Of a stretch of DNA of 64,000 nucleotides, positions 8,575-16,852 are shown piece after piece. The stretch spans positions 1 through 64,000 of the forward strand of contig JASLXV010000080.1 in assembly GCA_030740155.1 (NCBI GenBank), written 5' to 3'. Within the stretch, counting starts at the first letter, position 1. The number at the start of each line of letters is the position of its first letter. The notes below the pieces were generated by a model. The model worked only from the letters and a program-made list of their open reading frames with translations, was not told the origin of the DNA and made no database searches. Both the position numbers and the translations under genes were made by a program. Origin of the DNA: Dehalococcoidia bacterium (GTDB taxonomy: Bacteria; Chloroflexota; Dehalococcoidia; Lucifugimonadales; UBA3495).

Positions 8575-9762
8575 ATGGCTTCGGCGCTGGAAGGAATCAA
8601 AGTTGTGGACTTGAGCCGTACCCTTGCCGGGCCTTTCTGCACCATGTTGCTCGGCGATATGGGCGCGGACGTGATCAAGATCGAGGAGCCGGAGCACGGT
8701 GATGAGACCCGCGCCTGGGGCCCTTTCTGGAACGGAGAGGGCGGTCAGTTTCTGACTTTCAATCGCAATAAGCGCAGCCTGGGCCTGAACCTGAAAGAGA
8801 AAGAAGGTATCGACATCGTTCTCGGTTTGGCAGCGGGCGCCGACGTGATGATCGAGAGCTTCCGCCCGGGCACCTTGGACCGTTTGGGCTTGGGCTACGA
8901 GGCGATAAAGCAAGTCAATCCCAAGATGGTCTACTGCACCATTTCGGGCTACGGCCGTACCGGTCCAATGTCCCAAAAGCCCGGGTACGATCTGGTGATC
9001 CAGGCCTATAGCGGGCTGATGAACCTCACCGGAGAGCCGGATGGGCCGCCCCTTCGAGTCGGCTTCTCCCTGGTGGACCTCTTTACCGGCATGATGGCCT
9101 ACGGCTCTGTCGTGACCGCTCTGCTCCATCGGGATAACACGGGCGAGGGCCAGTGGATCGACACGTCCCTGCTGGACGGACAAGTGGCCGTGATGAGCTA
9201 CCATGGCACCAACTTCCTGGCAACTGGGAAAGAAGCCCACCGGATGGGGTCTGGACATCCGCACCTGGTGCCCTATCAGAGCTTCCCCGCCTCCGACGGC
9301 TTCTTCATTCTCGGCTGCCCCAACCAGCGGTTGTGGGAACGCCTGTGTCACGCCATTGGGTGTCCGGAACTGGTGGAAGACCCCCGCTTCGCCTCCAACG
9401 ATGACCGGGTGGAAAACCGGACTGATTGCGTGGAAGCATTGAGCCGGGTCTTCCGCACCAAGCCGATGGCCCATTGGGTCCAGGTCATCGAAGACGCGGG
9501 GATACCCTGCGGCCCTATCCAAACCGTGGCGGATGTCGTCAACGATCCTCAGGTGCTGGCCCGAAACATGATGGTGGACGTGGATCATCCCAAAGTGCCG
9601 GGCCTGCGGATGCCCAACTGCCCGCTGATGCTGACCGGGAGCCCGCCAAGCATCCGGCGTCCCCCACCGCTCTTGGGCGAGCATAACGAAGAGATCCTGG
9701 CCGAGTGGGGTTACTCCCCCGGCCAGATAACCGAGTTGCGGAAGAAAAAAGTCATCGTCTAG
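8575..9762 (+). CDS. CaiB/BaiF CoA-transferase, copy 2 (tandem paralog)
   Basis: Same motifs as copy 1 and highly similar to it. Confidence 0.95.
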   Translation: MASALEGIKVVDLSRTLAGPFCTMLLGDMGADVIKIEEPEHGDETRAWGPFWNGEGGQFLTFNRNKRSLGLNLKEKEGIDIVLGLAAGADVMIESFRPGTLDRLGLGYEAIKQVNPKMVYCTISGYGRTGPMSQKPGYDLVIQAYSGLMNLTGEPDGPPLRVGFSLVDLFTGMMAYGSVVTALLHRDNTGEGQWIDTSLLDGQVAVMSYHGTNFLATGKEAHRMGSGHPHLVPYQSFPASDGFFILGCPNQRLWERLCHAIGCPELVEDPRFASNDDRVENRTDCVEALSRVFRTKPMAHWVQVIEDAGIPCGPIQTVADVVNDPQVLARNMMVDVDHPKVPGLRMPNCPLMLTGSPPSIRRPPPLLGEHNEEILAEWGYSPGQITELRKKKVIV

Positions 9763-9875
9763 GGAGCCGTCCCGCCGGCGGCCCCCACGCGGACCGGGGT
9801 GACTTTTTCTGCATCACATTCTAGCGCCGATGGAACACCGGCCTGCGGGCCGGCCCATGGATAAAGGAGTTTGGC

Positions 9876-10622
9876 TTGTCCCCCAAGAAAAAGATAAGGT
9901 TGATCCACACCTCGGACACTCACCTGGGGGACCATCTGGGTCACCCCGTGGCCGAGGAGGCCTTCCAGGCCGTGGTGGACGCCGTTCCCGCCCTGGGTGG
10001 CGACATACTGCTTCTAGTCGGTGACGTGTTTGATAACCATCGGGTATCCGACGAGGTGATCGAGTTCTTCCTGGAGCACGTGGGCCGCCTGGCGATACCG
10101 GCGGTGATCCTGCCGGGAAACCACGACCTGTACGACGACGAATCGATCTACCTGCGGCAGCCGTTCCAGCACGCGCCACCCAACCTCCACATATTCACCC
10201 AACATGATGGAGAGACCCTGTCTTTTCCGGAGCTGACGCTGGACCTTTGGGGCCGCGCCATGCTGATCCACGCACCGGAATTTCGTCCCCTCTTGGGAAT
10301 GCCGCCCAACGCCAACGGCCGCTGGCTGGTGGCCCTGGCCCACTGTCATTTCCACGAAGACCACGAGGTGGATCAGCGCTCCTCTCCGATCTACCCGGAG
10401 GACGTGGAGGGAGCGACCTGCGACTACCTGGCCCTGGGCCACTGGGACCGCTACGTGGACCTCTCCTACGGACGGGTCAAAGCGTCCTATTCCGGCACGC
10501 CCCTCGGGCCTTCTCCGAGCAATCCGGTGCGGGCCGTCAACGTGGTGGAGATGGACCCGGACGCCGGCATTCAGTTCAGGCAGGTATCCCTGGCGGGCTG
10601 GGCCGGCAAGAAACTGGTCTAG
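9876..10622 (+). CDS. Metallophosphoesterase, SbcD/Mre11-like nuclease domain
   Basis: HTSDTHLG, GDVFD, PGNHD, YLALGHWD, YSGTP motifs. Confidence 0.88.
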   Translation: MSPKKKIRLIHTSDTHLGDHLGHPVAEEAFQAVVDAVPALGGDILLLVGDVFDNHRVSDEVIEFFLEHVGRLAIPAVILPGNHDLYDDESIYLRQPFQHAPPNLHIFTQHDGETLSFPELTLDLWGRAMLIHAPEFRPLLGMPPNANGRWLVALAHCHFHEDHEVDQRSSPIYPEDVEGATCDYLALGHWDRYVDLSYGRVKASYSGTPLGPSPSNPVRAVNVVEMDPDAGIQFRQVSLAGWAGKKLV

Positions 10623-10724
10623 GAGCCCTCTTCCCCCACCGGCAAAATGGCCCGGCAATCTGTTGCCCCGTTGCGTGACGTTTTTTGGGAATGTCCCAGC
10701 GGAATCCTTCTTCGGATAAACGAG

Positions 10725-10771
10725 GATGGACAGGAAGTTGACCCCAGGTTGAGGTCAACCCCCTGTCCATC
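10725..10771. repeat. Imperfect inverted repeat between convergent genes
   Basis: GATGGACAGG-AA-GTTGACC ... GGTCAAC-CC-CCTGTCCATC. Confidence 0.6.
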
Positions 10772-10826
10772 AAGCGTTTCTTCGCGGACACTCCGGGCTC
10801 AGGTACTCCGAGGCCGGCTCTGACCA

Positions 10827-11042
10827 CTACGCGTAAGAGTTCAACTCGGTGAACACCTGCTTCCCAAGCTCAAAGGCCTCTTCAACGGTGAAGATCACTA
10901 TGTCGTCTCGATCGGCAGCCCACCGCTCGATGTGACTCCACGGGCCGCCGGTTAGATAAACAAGGGGCATGCCTTCGCCCACGGTCCGAAAGGCGATGCT
11001 GACCCCGTCGGCCGTCTTGGCGTACTGGATGCGCCGTTCCAT
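10827..11042 (-). pseudogene. Truncated alpha/beta-hydrolase-type N-terminus fused to an unrelated tail
   Basis: MERRIQYAKTADGVSIAFRTVGEGMPLV...GPWSHIE is a hydrolase-fold start that breaks off after about 40 aa. Confidence 0.6.
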
Positions 11043-11111
11043 CCAGACATCATCGTCCACGATTCGCCCCGGCACAACGCCCACCCGCCGAAGGGCCGGT
11101 CCGAGACGCAT

Positions 11112-11882
11112 CTACATGACCGAATAGCCGCCATCTACGGCCAGAACCGCTCCGGTGACGTAGTCCGACGCGGCGCTGGCTAGGAAGACGGCCGACCCCC
11201 CTAGCTCCTCCGGCCGGCCCCAACGTCCAGTGGGGATGCGCCGGCTGATCAGATCGTACCGGTCCGGGTCCTGCGCCGGGATGCTTTCGGTCAATCCCGT
11301 TACGAACCAGCCGGGCAGTATGGCATTGACCTGAATGTTGTCCCCGGCCCAGGCCAGTGCCAGGCTCTTGGTTAGCTGCACCACGCCTCCCTTGCTGGCC
11401 GAATAGGGCGACACCCAGTCGCTCCCGAAGAGGGACATCATGGAGCCGATGTTGATTATCTTGCCCCCGCCCTGCTCTTTCATTTGGGGGTAGACCGCTT
11501 TCGAGGCGAGAAAGACCGACCGCAGGTTCACGTCCAGAACGCGGTCCCACTCGGCGCCGGAGATGTCCTGGGGCTGCCTTCGCACGGCGATGCCGGCGTT
11601 GTTGATCAGGATGTCGACCCGCCCAAAACTCTCGATGGCTTCCGCCACCATCCGCTCGACATCCGCTTCTTCCGCGACGTCCACCGATAGTCCCCTGGCA
11701 CGCACCCCCAGGGCCAGGATTTGGGGCAAGGCATGGGCGGTCTTGCCGGCGTCACGAGCGGCCACCAGGATGTCGGCCCCGGCCCCGGCCAGTCCCAGGG
11801 CCATGCCCAGCCCCAGCCCGCCGTTGCCGCCGGTAACGATGGCTACCTTTCCCCCAAGTTCAAACAGCTGGTCTGGTTTCAT
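11112..11882 (-). CDS. SDR oxidoreductase (KduD/FabG-like)
   Basis: TGGNGGLG, NNAG, YSASK, VNAILPG motifs. Confidence 0.95.
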   Translation of the reverse strand: MKPDQLFELGGKVAIVTGGNGGLGLGMALGLAGAGADILVAARDAGKTAHALPQILALGVRARGLSVDVAEEADVERMVAEAIESFGRVDILINNAGIAVRRQPQDISGAEWDRVLDVNLRSVFLASKAVYPQMKEQGGGKIINIGSMMSLFGSDWVSPYSASKGGVVQLTKSLALAWAGDNIQVNAILPGWFVTGLTESIPAQDPDRYDLISRRIPTGRWGRPEELGGSAVFLASAASDYVTGAVLAVDGGYSVM

Positions 11883-12051
11883 TCGATCCTCTTCAGGCGG
11901 TCCCTTTTCGGGCCTAAATATTCCGCCGAGTTAACTTTAGCATCCGGCCCGCCACGGAGAGCCAATGCGACAACGAGACGGGGTGAGTTGTGCCTCGCCA
12001 CCGAAGTTGGGCAGCACAACCTAGCGGTCAGTCAACCTCGTTTTGGCAGGG

Positions 12052-12124
12052 TGTCATTCTGAGGAGCGCAGCGACGAAGAATCTCAGCGTAACAACGAGA
12101 TTCTTCGCTTCGCTCTGAATGACA
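12052..12124. repeat. Palindromic repeat family C (TGTCATTC...GAATGACA)
   Basis: TGTCATTCTGAGGAGCGCAGCGACGAAGAATCTC...GAGATTCTTCGCTTCGCTCTGAATGACA; relatives at 19016-19115 and 45428-45498. Confidence 0.85.
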
Positions 12125-12474
12125 ACTATCAGCACTAGGTTGACTGAGTACTATCTTCGGTTCTGGCCAGGATTCGCAAGGCCATTCCGGTGGGGACGTA
12201 TTTGGCCTGCTGGGCATCGCTCGTTTCAATTGACATAATGTCAGTTCCCCTGCGGGCCTGCCCAGGGAAGCGGGATGCTGCCAGCCCGCTTCCCACTGGT
12301 AGCCGGACCCAGAACCCCCATGGATTCCATGTTATGCTAGGCCGCGCCGACAGCGCCCGTTCCAGACCGGCGAGATTGAAGGGGCCGTACTCCATCCACG
12401 CCAGGATTCGGCTCCGAAGGTGCGGGCCCCGGCGGCAACCGGACACAGGAAGACTCACTGGGGATTATAGAGCA

Positions 12475-13995
12475 GTGACAATAGTCCGGCACCTGCAAGA
12501 ACGGGTGATGGGGAGCCCCAACTACAAATGGTGGGGCGCGGGCGCTCTCGCGGTGGCCACCGTGGTGGAGGCGTCACACCTGGGCGCCGTCAACATCGCC
12601 CTGCCGACCATCGCCGAAAACTTCGACAGCGACTTGCCCACGGTGCAGTGGGTAACGCTGGGCCACCTGCTGGCCATCAGCGGCCTCCTACTCCCCATGG
12701 GCCGGTTCTCCGACATGGTGGGCCGAAAACGGGTCTTCCTTTGGGGCATGATCGCCCTCAGCCTGGGTTCGGCCCTGGCCGGCTTCGCCCCCAACCTCAC
12801 CACCCTGATCCTGTTCAGGGTACTCCAGGGAGTGGGGCCGGCCATGATAATCGCCAACCAGATGGCCATCGTAACCGCACTTTTCCCCGACCGGGAGAGG
12901 GGCACGGCCCTGGGCCTCAACATGCTGTCGGTAGGCGTGGGACTGGTATCCGGGCCGGCGCTGGGCGGACTGATGGTGAACACCATGGGCTGGCGCTTCG
13001 TTTTCTTCGTCTACGCCCCTTTGGGGGCGCTATGCGTCCTTCCGGCCCTGGTTGTCCTGGACGACGGCCGCCTGCGCCAGGGCATCGCCAGGTTGCGGCG
13101 GGGCACCTTCGACTGGCTGGGGGCGGCCCTTTCGGCGTTGGCCCTGCTGGTCTTCCTGCTGGCCATGACCAACGGTCATCGCCTGGGTTGGGACTCCCCT
13201 TTGATCTTGACCGGGTTGGCTGGGTCGGTTGGGTTGCTGGGTTGTTTCGTATGGTGGGAGCTGCGGACCCCATCACCCCTGTTCGACCTGACCTTTTTCA
13301 AAGCGCCGCTGTTCTCCATTGGGGTCGCCGGCCGGGGGGTGTTCTTCCTTGCCGCGGCCTCGCCCCTCTTCCTGATGCCATTCTACCTGCAGGGAGTCGC
13401 GGGTCACTCCCCCGGCCGGGCTGGGCTAATCATGGCCTCCTTCTCCCTGACCACCATAATTGGAGCGCCCATCGGGGGTAGCTTGACGGACCGGTTCGGC
13501 TGGAAGCCGGTCGCGGTGGGAGGGGCTACCCTCGCGTCCGTGGGGCTGCTCCTGCTCTCCCGGATCACCGCCGGCACTCCCCTGGTCCAGGTGGTGGTGC
13601 TGCTGGTGGCCCAGAACGCCGGCTACGCAGTTTTCATCGTCCCGATCAACAGCGCCGTTCTGGGCTCCGTCGAGCGGAGCCGCCACAGCGTGGTAGTCGC
13701 CTTCTTGCAACTGCTGCGCAACGCCTTCACCGTTACCGGAATAGCGGTCGCGACGGTCATAGTCACCGCGGCCATGGCCTCCCGTGGGGTGGAGCCAAGC
13801 CTCAGCGTTATCTCCGATGCCGCCGATACCAGGGCGGCCCTCGCGTTTACCCAGGGAATACGAACCGCCTTTCTGGCGATGGGAGTTCTCCAACTCGTTG
13901 CCACGGTCCTGCTCGTGGTGGCTGGCCGCTTGTTTGGGGGGACCCTTCCGGAGCGCGCCGGAGAGGCTCAGGCCAGCCGAAGCCCTTTGAAGTAA
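12475..13995 (+). CDS. MFS transporter, DHA2/EmrB-like (14 TM)
   Basis: VNIALPTI, GRFSDMVGRKR, GPALGG...GWRFVF motifs; start GTG 12475 or ATG 12508. Confidence 0.92.
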   Translation: MTIVRHLQERVMGSPNYKWWGAGALAVATVVEASHLGAVNIALPTIAENFDSDLPTVQWVTLGHLLAISGLLLPMGRFSDMVGRKRVFLWGMIALSLGSALAGFAPNLTTLILFRVLQGVGPAMIIANQMAIVTALFPDRERGTALGLNMLSVGVGLVSGPALGGLMVNTMGWRFVFFVYAPLGALCVLPALVVLDDGRLRQGIARLRRGTFDWLGAALSALALLVFLLAMTNGHRLGWDSPLILTGLAGSVGLLGCFVWWELRTPSPLFDLTFFKAPLFSIGVAGRGVFFLAAASPLFLMPFYLQGVAGHSPGRAGLIMASFSLTTIIGAPIGGSLTDRFGWKPVAVGGATLASVGLLLLSRITAGTPLVQVVVLLVAQNAGYAVFIVPINSAVLGSVERSRHSVVVAFLQLLRNAFTVTGIAVATVIVTAAMASRGVEPSLSVISDAADTRAALAFTQGIRTAFLAMGVLQLVATVLLVVAGRLFGGTLPERAGEAQASRSPLK

Positions 13996-14070
13996 GGCGG
14001 CGCAAAACCAGCTGCCCTTCTTGTCCCTCGAATCGCGCCGGGTGGCGAGGCTATCCCTGGCCCGGGCCCG

Positions 14071-14793
14071 CTACCTTATTGGCAGCCCCTTCAGGTGCAC
14101 GGTGAAGAACTCCAGGGTCCTGATCCAGGCGGCTTGGGACGGGCCTTTCCGGTAGTGGGGACTCGCCGGGTCCATGAAAGCGTGGCCGGCTCCGGGATAG
14201 ACGAAAAACTGATGAGGCTTGCCGAGGCGCGTCAATTCGGCGTCCAGGGTGCGCATGTCCGCCTGAGATGGATCCTCGTCGTCTTCGCCGAAGTGGAACA
14301 TGATGGGGCAGGCTATCCCGCCGGCCCTGGCGAGGGGAGTCCCGGCATTGTCGCCCTGGGGGGCCAAGATGCCCGCCCCGTAGAAAGGGACCGAGGCGTT
14401 GAACTTGGGGCTGGTGGCGGCTGCCAGCCACGCGGCCCGGCCTCCGATACCGAAGCCGGTGACCCCTATTTGCTCTTGGGCGATAGAGGCGTGGCTTTGA
14501 AGGAAGTCCATTGCGGTGGCAATACCGGCGGATAGGCCGGCGTCGCTTAGGCGCCGTATCCGCTGGGAGTTTTCGGCCGGGGCATCTTCACCGATCTCGT
14601 GGAACAGATCGGGGGCCGCGGCGGTGTACCCCTCCTCCGCGAGCTGGTCGGCTACCCATTGAATGAAACGGTCGAGGCCGCCCGCATGGGGGCCGATCAG
14701 GACGGCGGGGAAAGGCCCGGAGCCGGCGGGCAGGCCCAGGTAGAGGTCCATGTCTTGGGACCCGACCGTGATTCTTTCCCAGGACGATGCCAT
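14071..14793 (-). CDS. Dienelactone hydrolase family protein
   Basis: APDLF, IGVTGFGIGG (Gly where the GxCxG Cys is expected), HFGEDD, YPGAGHAF. Confidence 0.88.
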   Translation of the reverse strand: MASSWERITVGSQDMDLYLGLPAGSGPFPAVLIGPHAGGLDRFIQWVADQLAEEGYTAAAPDLFHEIGEDAPAENSQRIRRLSDAGLSAGIATAMDFLQSHASIAQEQIGVTGFGIGGRAAWLAAATSPKFNASVPFYGAGILAPQGDNAGTPLARAGGIACPIMFHFGEDDEDPSQADMRTLDAELTRLGKPHQFFVYPGAGHAFMDPASPHYRKGPSQAAWIRTLEFFTVHLKGLPIR

Positions 14794-15295
14794 GGGTCTG
14801 ACCTCCCCTTTTGGAAGCGACTAACCCCCGGAGCGACGGCCAGGCGATGGCTCTGCGGGGCGGATAGCATCATCGCAAATCAGGCTGTCTGAGGCAACCC
14901 CGCTGGGGAAATCCGGACCAATACCGTCGCTGGAGATGCCGGAGCGGCTAGGGGGCCGCCGGTCGAGCACCCGGCCCACCCGGGGCCTGGACTCTTTCGG
15001 CGGATCCTGTCGGCGCCGTCTGGCCGCCACCCAGACTTTGATGCTCCGTCGTCCCTCTGATAAACGCACCGCTCGTCCTTTCAGGCATGGGTGAGGACGC
15101 TCGAGTCCTCGCGTGACGCACCCCCCCTCGCAAGCTTTGACCCGTTGAGCTTGGGGCAGGCCCAAGCATTCGCCGCTGCTTCCGATAACCCGCTCTTTCG
15201 CCGTGAATCACCCGCCGTGAATCTGATAAACGCCGCTTCGCATCTCAATTCATGCGCGGCCATTCGGTTCATTCGGACTCTTGCTGAGGCGATCC

Positions 15296-16696
15296 ATGGG
15301 GAAGAGAGGAACCAGCCTGGTTCGGAGGTGGTTGGGGCATCGGGGCGTCTGGCTATCTGCCGGCATCTTGATGCTCGGTGTCGTGGCCTGCGGAAGTGCG
15401 GCTACGTCCACCAGTCCACCTCCGTCGGCGGCAGCGCCTTCCAGCACCGCACCGCCCACTGCCGGCCTTGCGGCTCCATCCGACGTAGGGCCGGCGGCCA
15501 CCTCGTCCCCGCCTCGGGCGCCGGCGTTGGCCCCGGCGTCGGAATACGGCGGCGATGAAGAACCGCTTCCAGCGTCTACTCCGGTCCCCGCCGCCAGTAC
15601 GCCCGCTCCGGAGGCTCCCGGTACCTCCGGGGGAGTCCCGATGGTCGACAAAAGCATCCACAGCGTTCCGCTCGAAGACATCACCTTCGACACCTTCGGG
15701 GACCCCGCCGGTAACGTGTCCCTGGATCGCGCCGCCCAGCCGCTGATCTTGGACCTGCGCGACGCCATCATGCCCATCGCCGAGCCGGTCTACGGTCCTC
15801 CCGATTCCCTGCCCTGGCTTGACGACGACGACCTGGTGATCGGATACGACTCCGGAGACGAGGCCTACGCCTACCCGGTGAACGTACTTGACCGCCACGA
15901 GTTGGTGAGCGACCTGATTGAAGATGTGCCCGTGTTGATCACCTACTGCCCCCTATGCTTCAGCGGCGTAGTGTACGGCCGGGAACTGGACGGGCGCGTC
16001 CTTACCTTCGGCAATACCAGCGCCCTGTACCAGTCCGACCTGGTGATGTACGACCACCAAACCGGCTCATACTGGTTTCAAGTGGGCGGCGAGGCCGTCG
16101 TCGGACCCTTGACCGACTCTCGGCTCAGCCTGCTGCCGTCAACCACCATGGCCTGGGGCGAATGGCGCCGGCTGTACCCGGAGACGCGCCTGCTGACCGG
16201 GATCGCCGGCAACGCCTCACTGTTCTCCGGTAGCCGGTACGGCAGGGATTTCCCGGAGAGCTACCAAGCCCGGATTTCGAGTGACGGGTTCGTTTTTCCC
16301 GTTCACAAGGAGCTGTTGGATCCCCGCCTCTCTTCCGGGGAGATGGTGCTGACGGTGGAAGTGGCCGGCGCGACTACCGCCTACCCGCTGGATATGATCG
16401 GCGACGGGGCCGTGAACCACCGGGTGGGCGGCCGGCCGGTGGTGGTCTTCGCACTGGCCGAAAGCCGGGCCGTGGGCGCTTTCTCTCCGGAGGTGGAAGG
16501 GCGCGCCTTGACCTTCGATTATCGTGACCGGGATCAGACCTTTGTCGACCGGGAGACCGGGAGCGTGTGGGACGCCGCCGGCCGGGCGGGCGCCGGGCCT
16601 CTGGCGGGCGCTCATCTGGAGCGGTTGAACACCCGCCGGGCCTTCTGGTTCTCCATCGCCATCGCTTTCCCCGACATCGACGTCTACCTGCCCTGA
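15296..16696 (+). CDS. DUF3179-family lipoprotein with Pro/Ala/Ser-rich linker
   Basis: Lipobox LGVVAC; AYP...HELVSD...ITYCPLCFSG, LYQSDLVMYD, AFWFS motifs. Confidence 0.85.
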   Translation: MGKRGTSLVRRWLGHRGVWLSAGILMLGVVACGSAATSTSPPPSAAAPSSTAPPTAGLAAPSDVGPAATSSPPRAPALAPASEYGGDEEPLPASTPVPAASTPAPEAPGTSGGVPMVDKSIHSVPLEDITFDTFGDPAGNVSLDRAAQPLILDLRDAIMPIAEPVYGPPDSLPWLDDDDLVIGYDSGDEAYAYPVNVLDRHELVSDLIEDVPVLITYCPLCFSGVVYGRELDGRVLTFGNTSALYQSDLVMYDHQTGSYWFQVGGEAVVGPLTDSRLSLLPSTTMAWGEWRRLYPETRLLTGIAGNASLFSGSRYGRDFPESYQARISSDGFVFPVHKELLDPRLSSGEMVLTVEVAGATTAYPLDMIGDGAVNHRVGGRPVVVFALAESRAVGAFSPEVEGRALTFDYRDRDQTFVDRETGSVWDAAGRAGAGPLAGAHLERLNTRRAFWFSIAIAFPDIDVYLP

Positions 16697-16776
16697 GGTC
16701 GGGTTTCCCGAACGTCTTCTCGCGCCGAAAAGCCCCCCCTAATGCCGGGTCTCGACGCACTGCTTTCCTCTTCTTC

Positions 16777-16805
16777 TTGACACCCCCTGGCGATTGTGAT
16801 AGATT
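16777..16805 (+). promoter_or_regulatory. Sigma70-type promoter of hppA
   Basis: TTGACA-17 nt-TAGATT with TG extension. Confidence 0.55.
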
Positions 16806-16852
16806 TCCCACGCTCAAAATTCGCCTGTTTTGGCTTTCATTGGGGGGATGTA

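Noticed and set aside
12135..12240. Short ORF MSIETSDAQQAKYVPTGMALRILARTEDSTQST ending beside the family C repeat
   Set aside because: Could be a gene remnant but is too short to support
15055..15240. Repeated TCTGATAAACGC and a possible IS200/IS605-like end
   Set aside because: Only a 12-bp match; no transposase or TnpB remnant
15930..15970. Selenocysteine in the DUF3179 protein
   Set aside because: Both CxxC positions are TGC and there is no in-frame TGA
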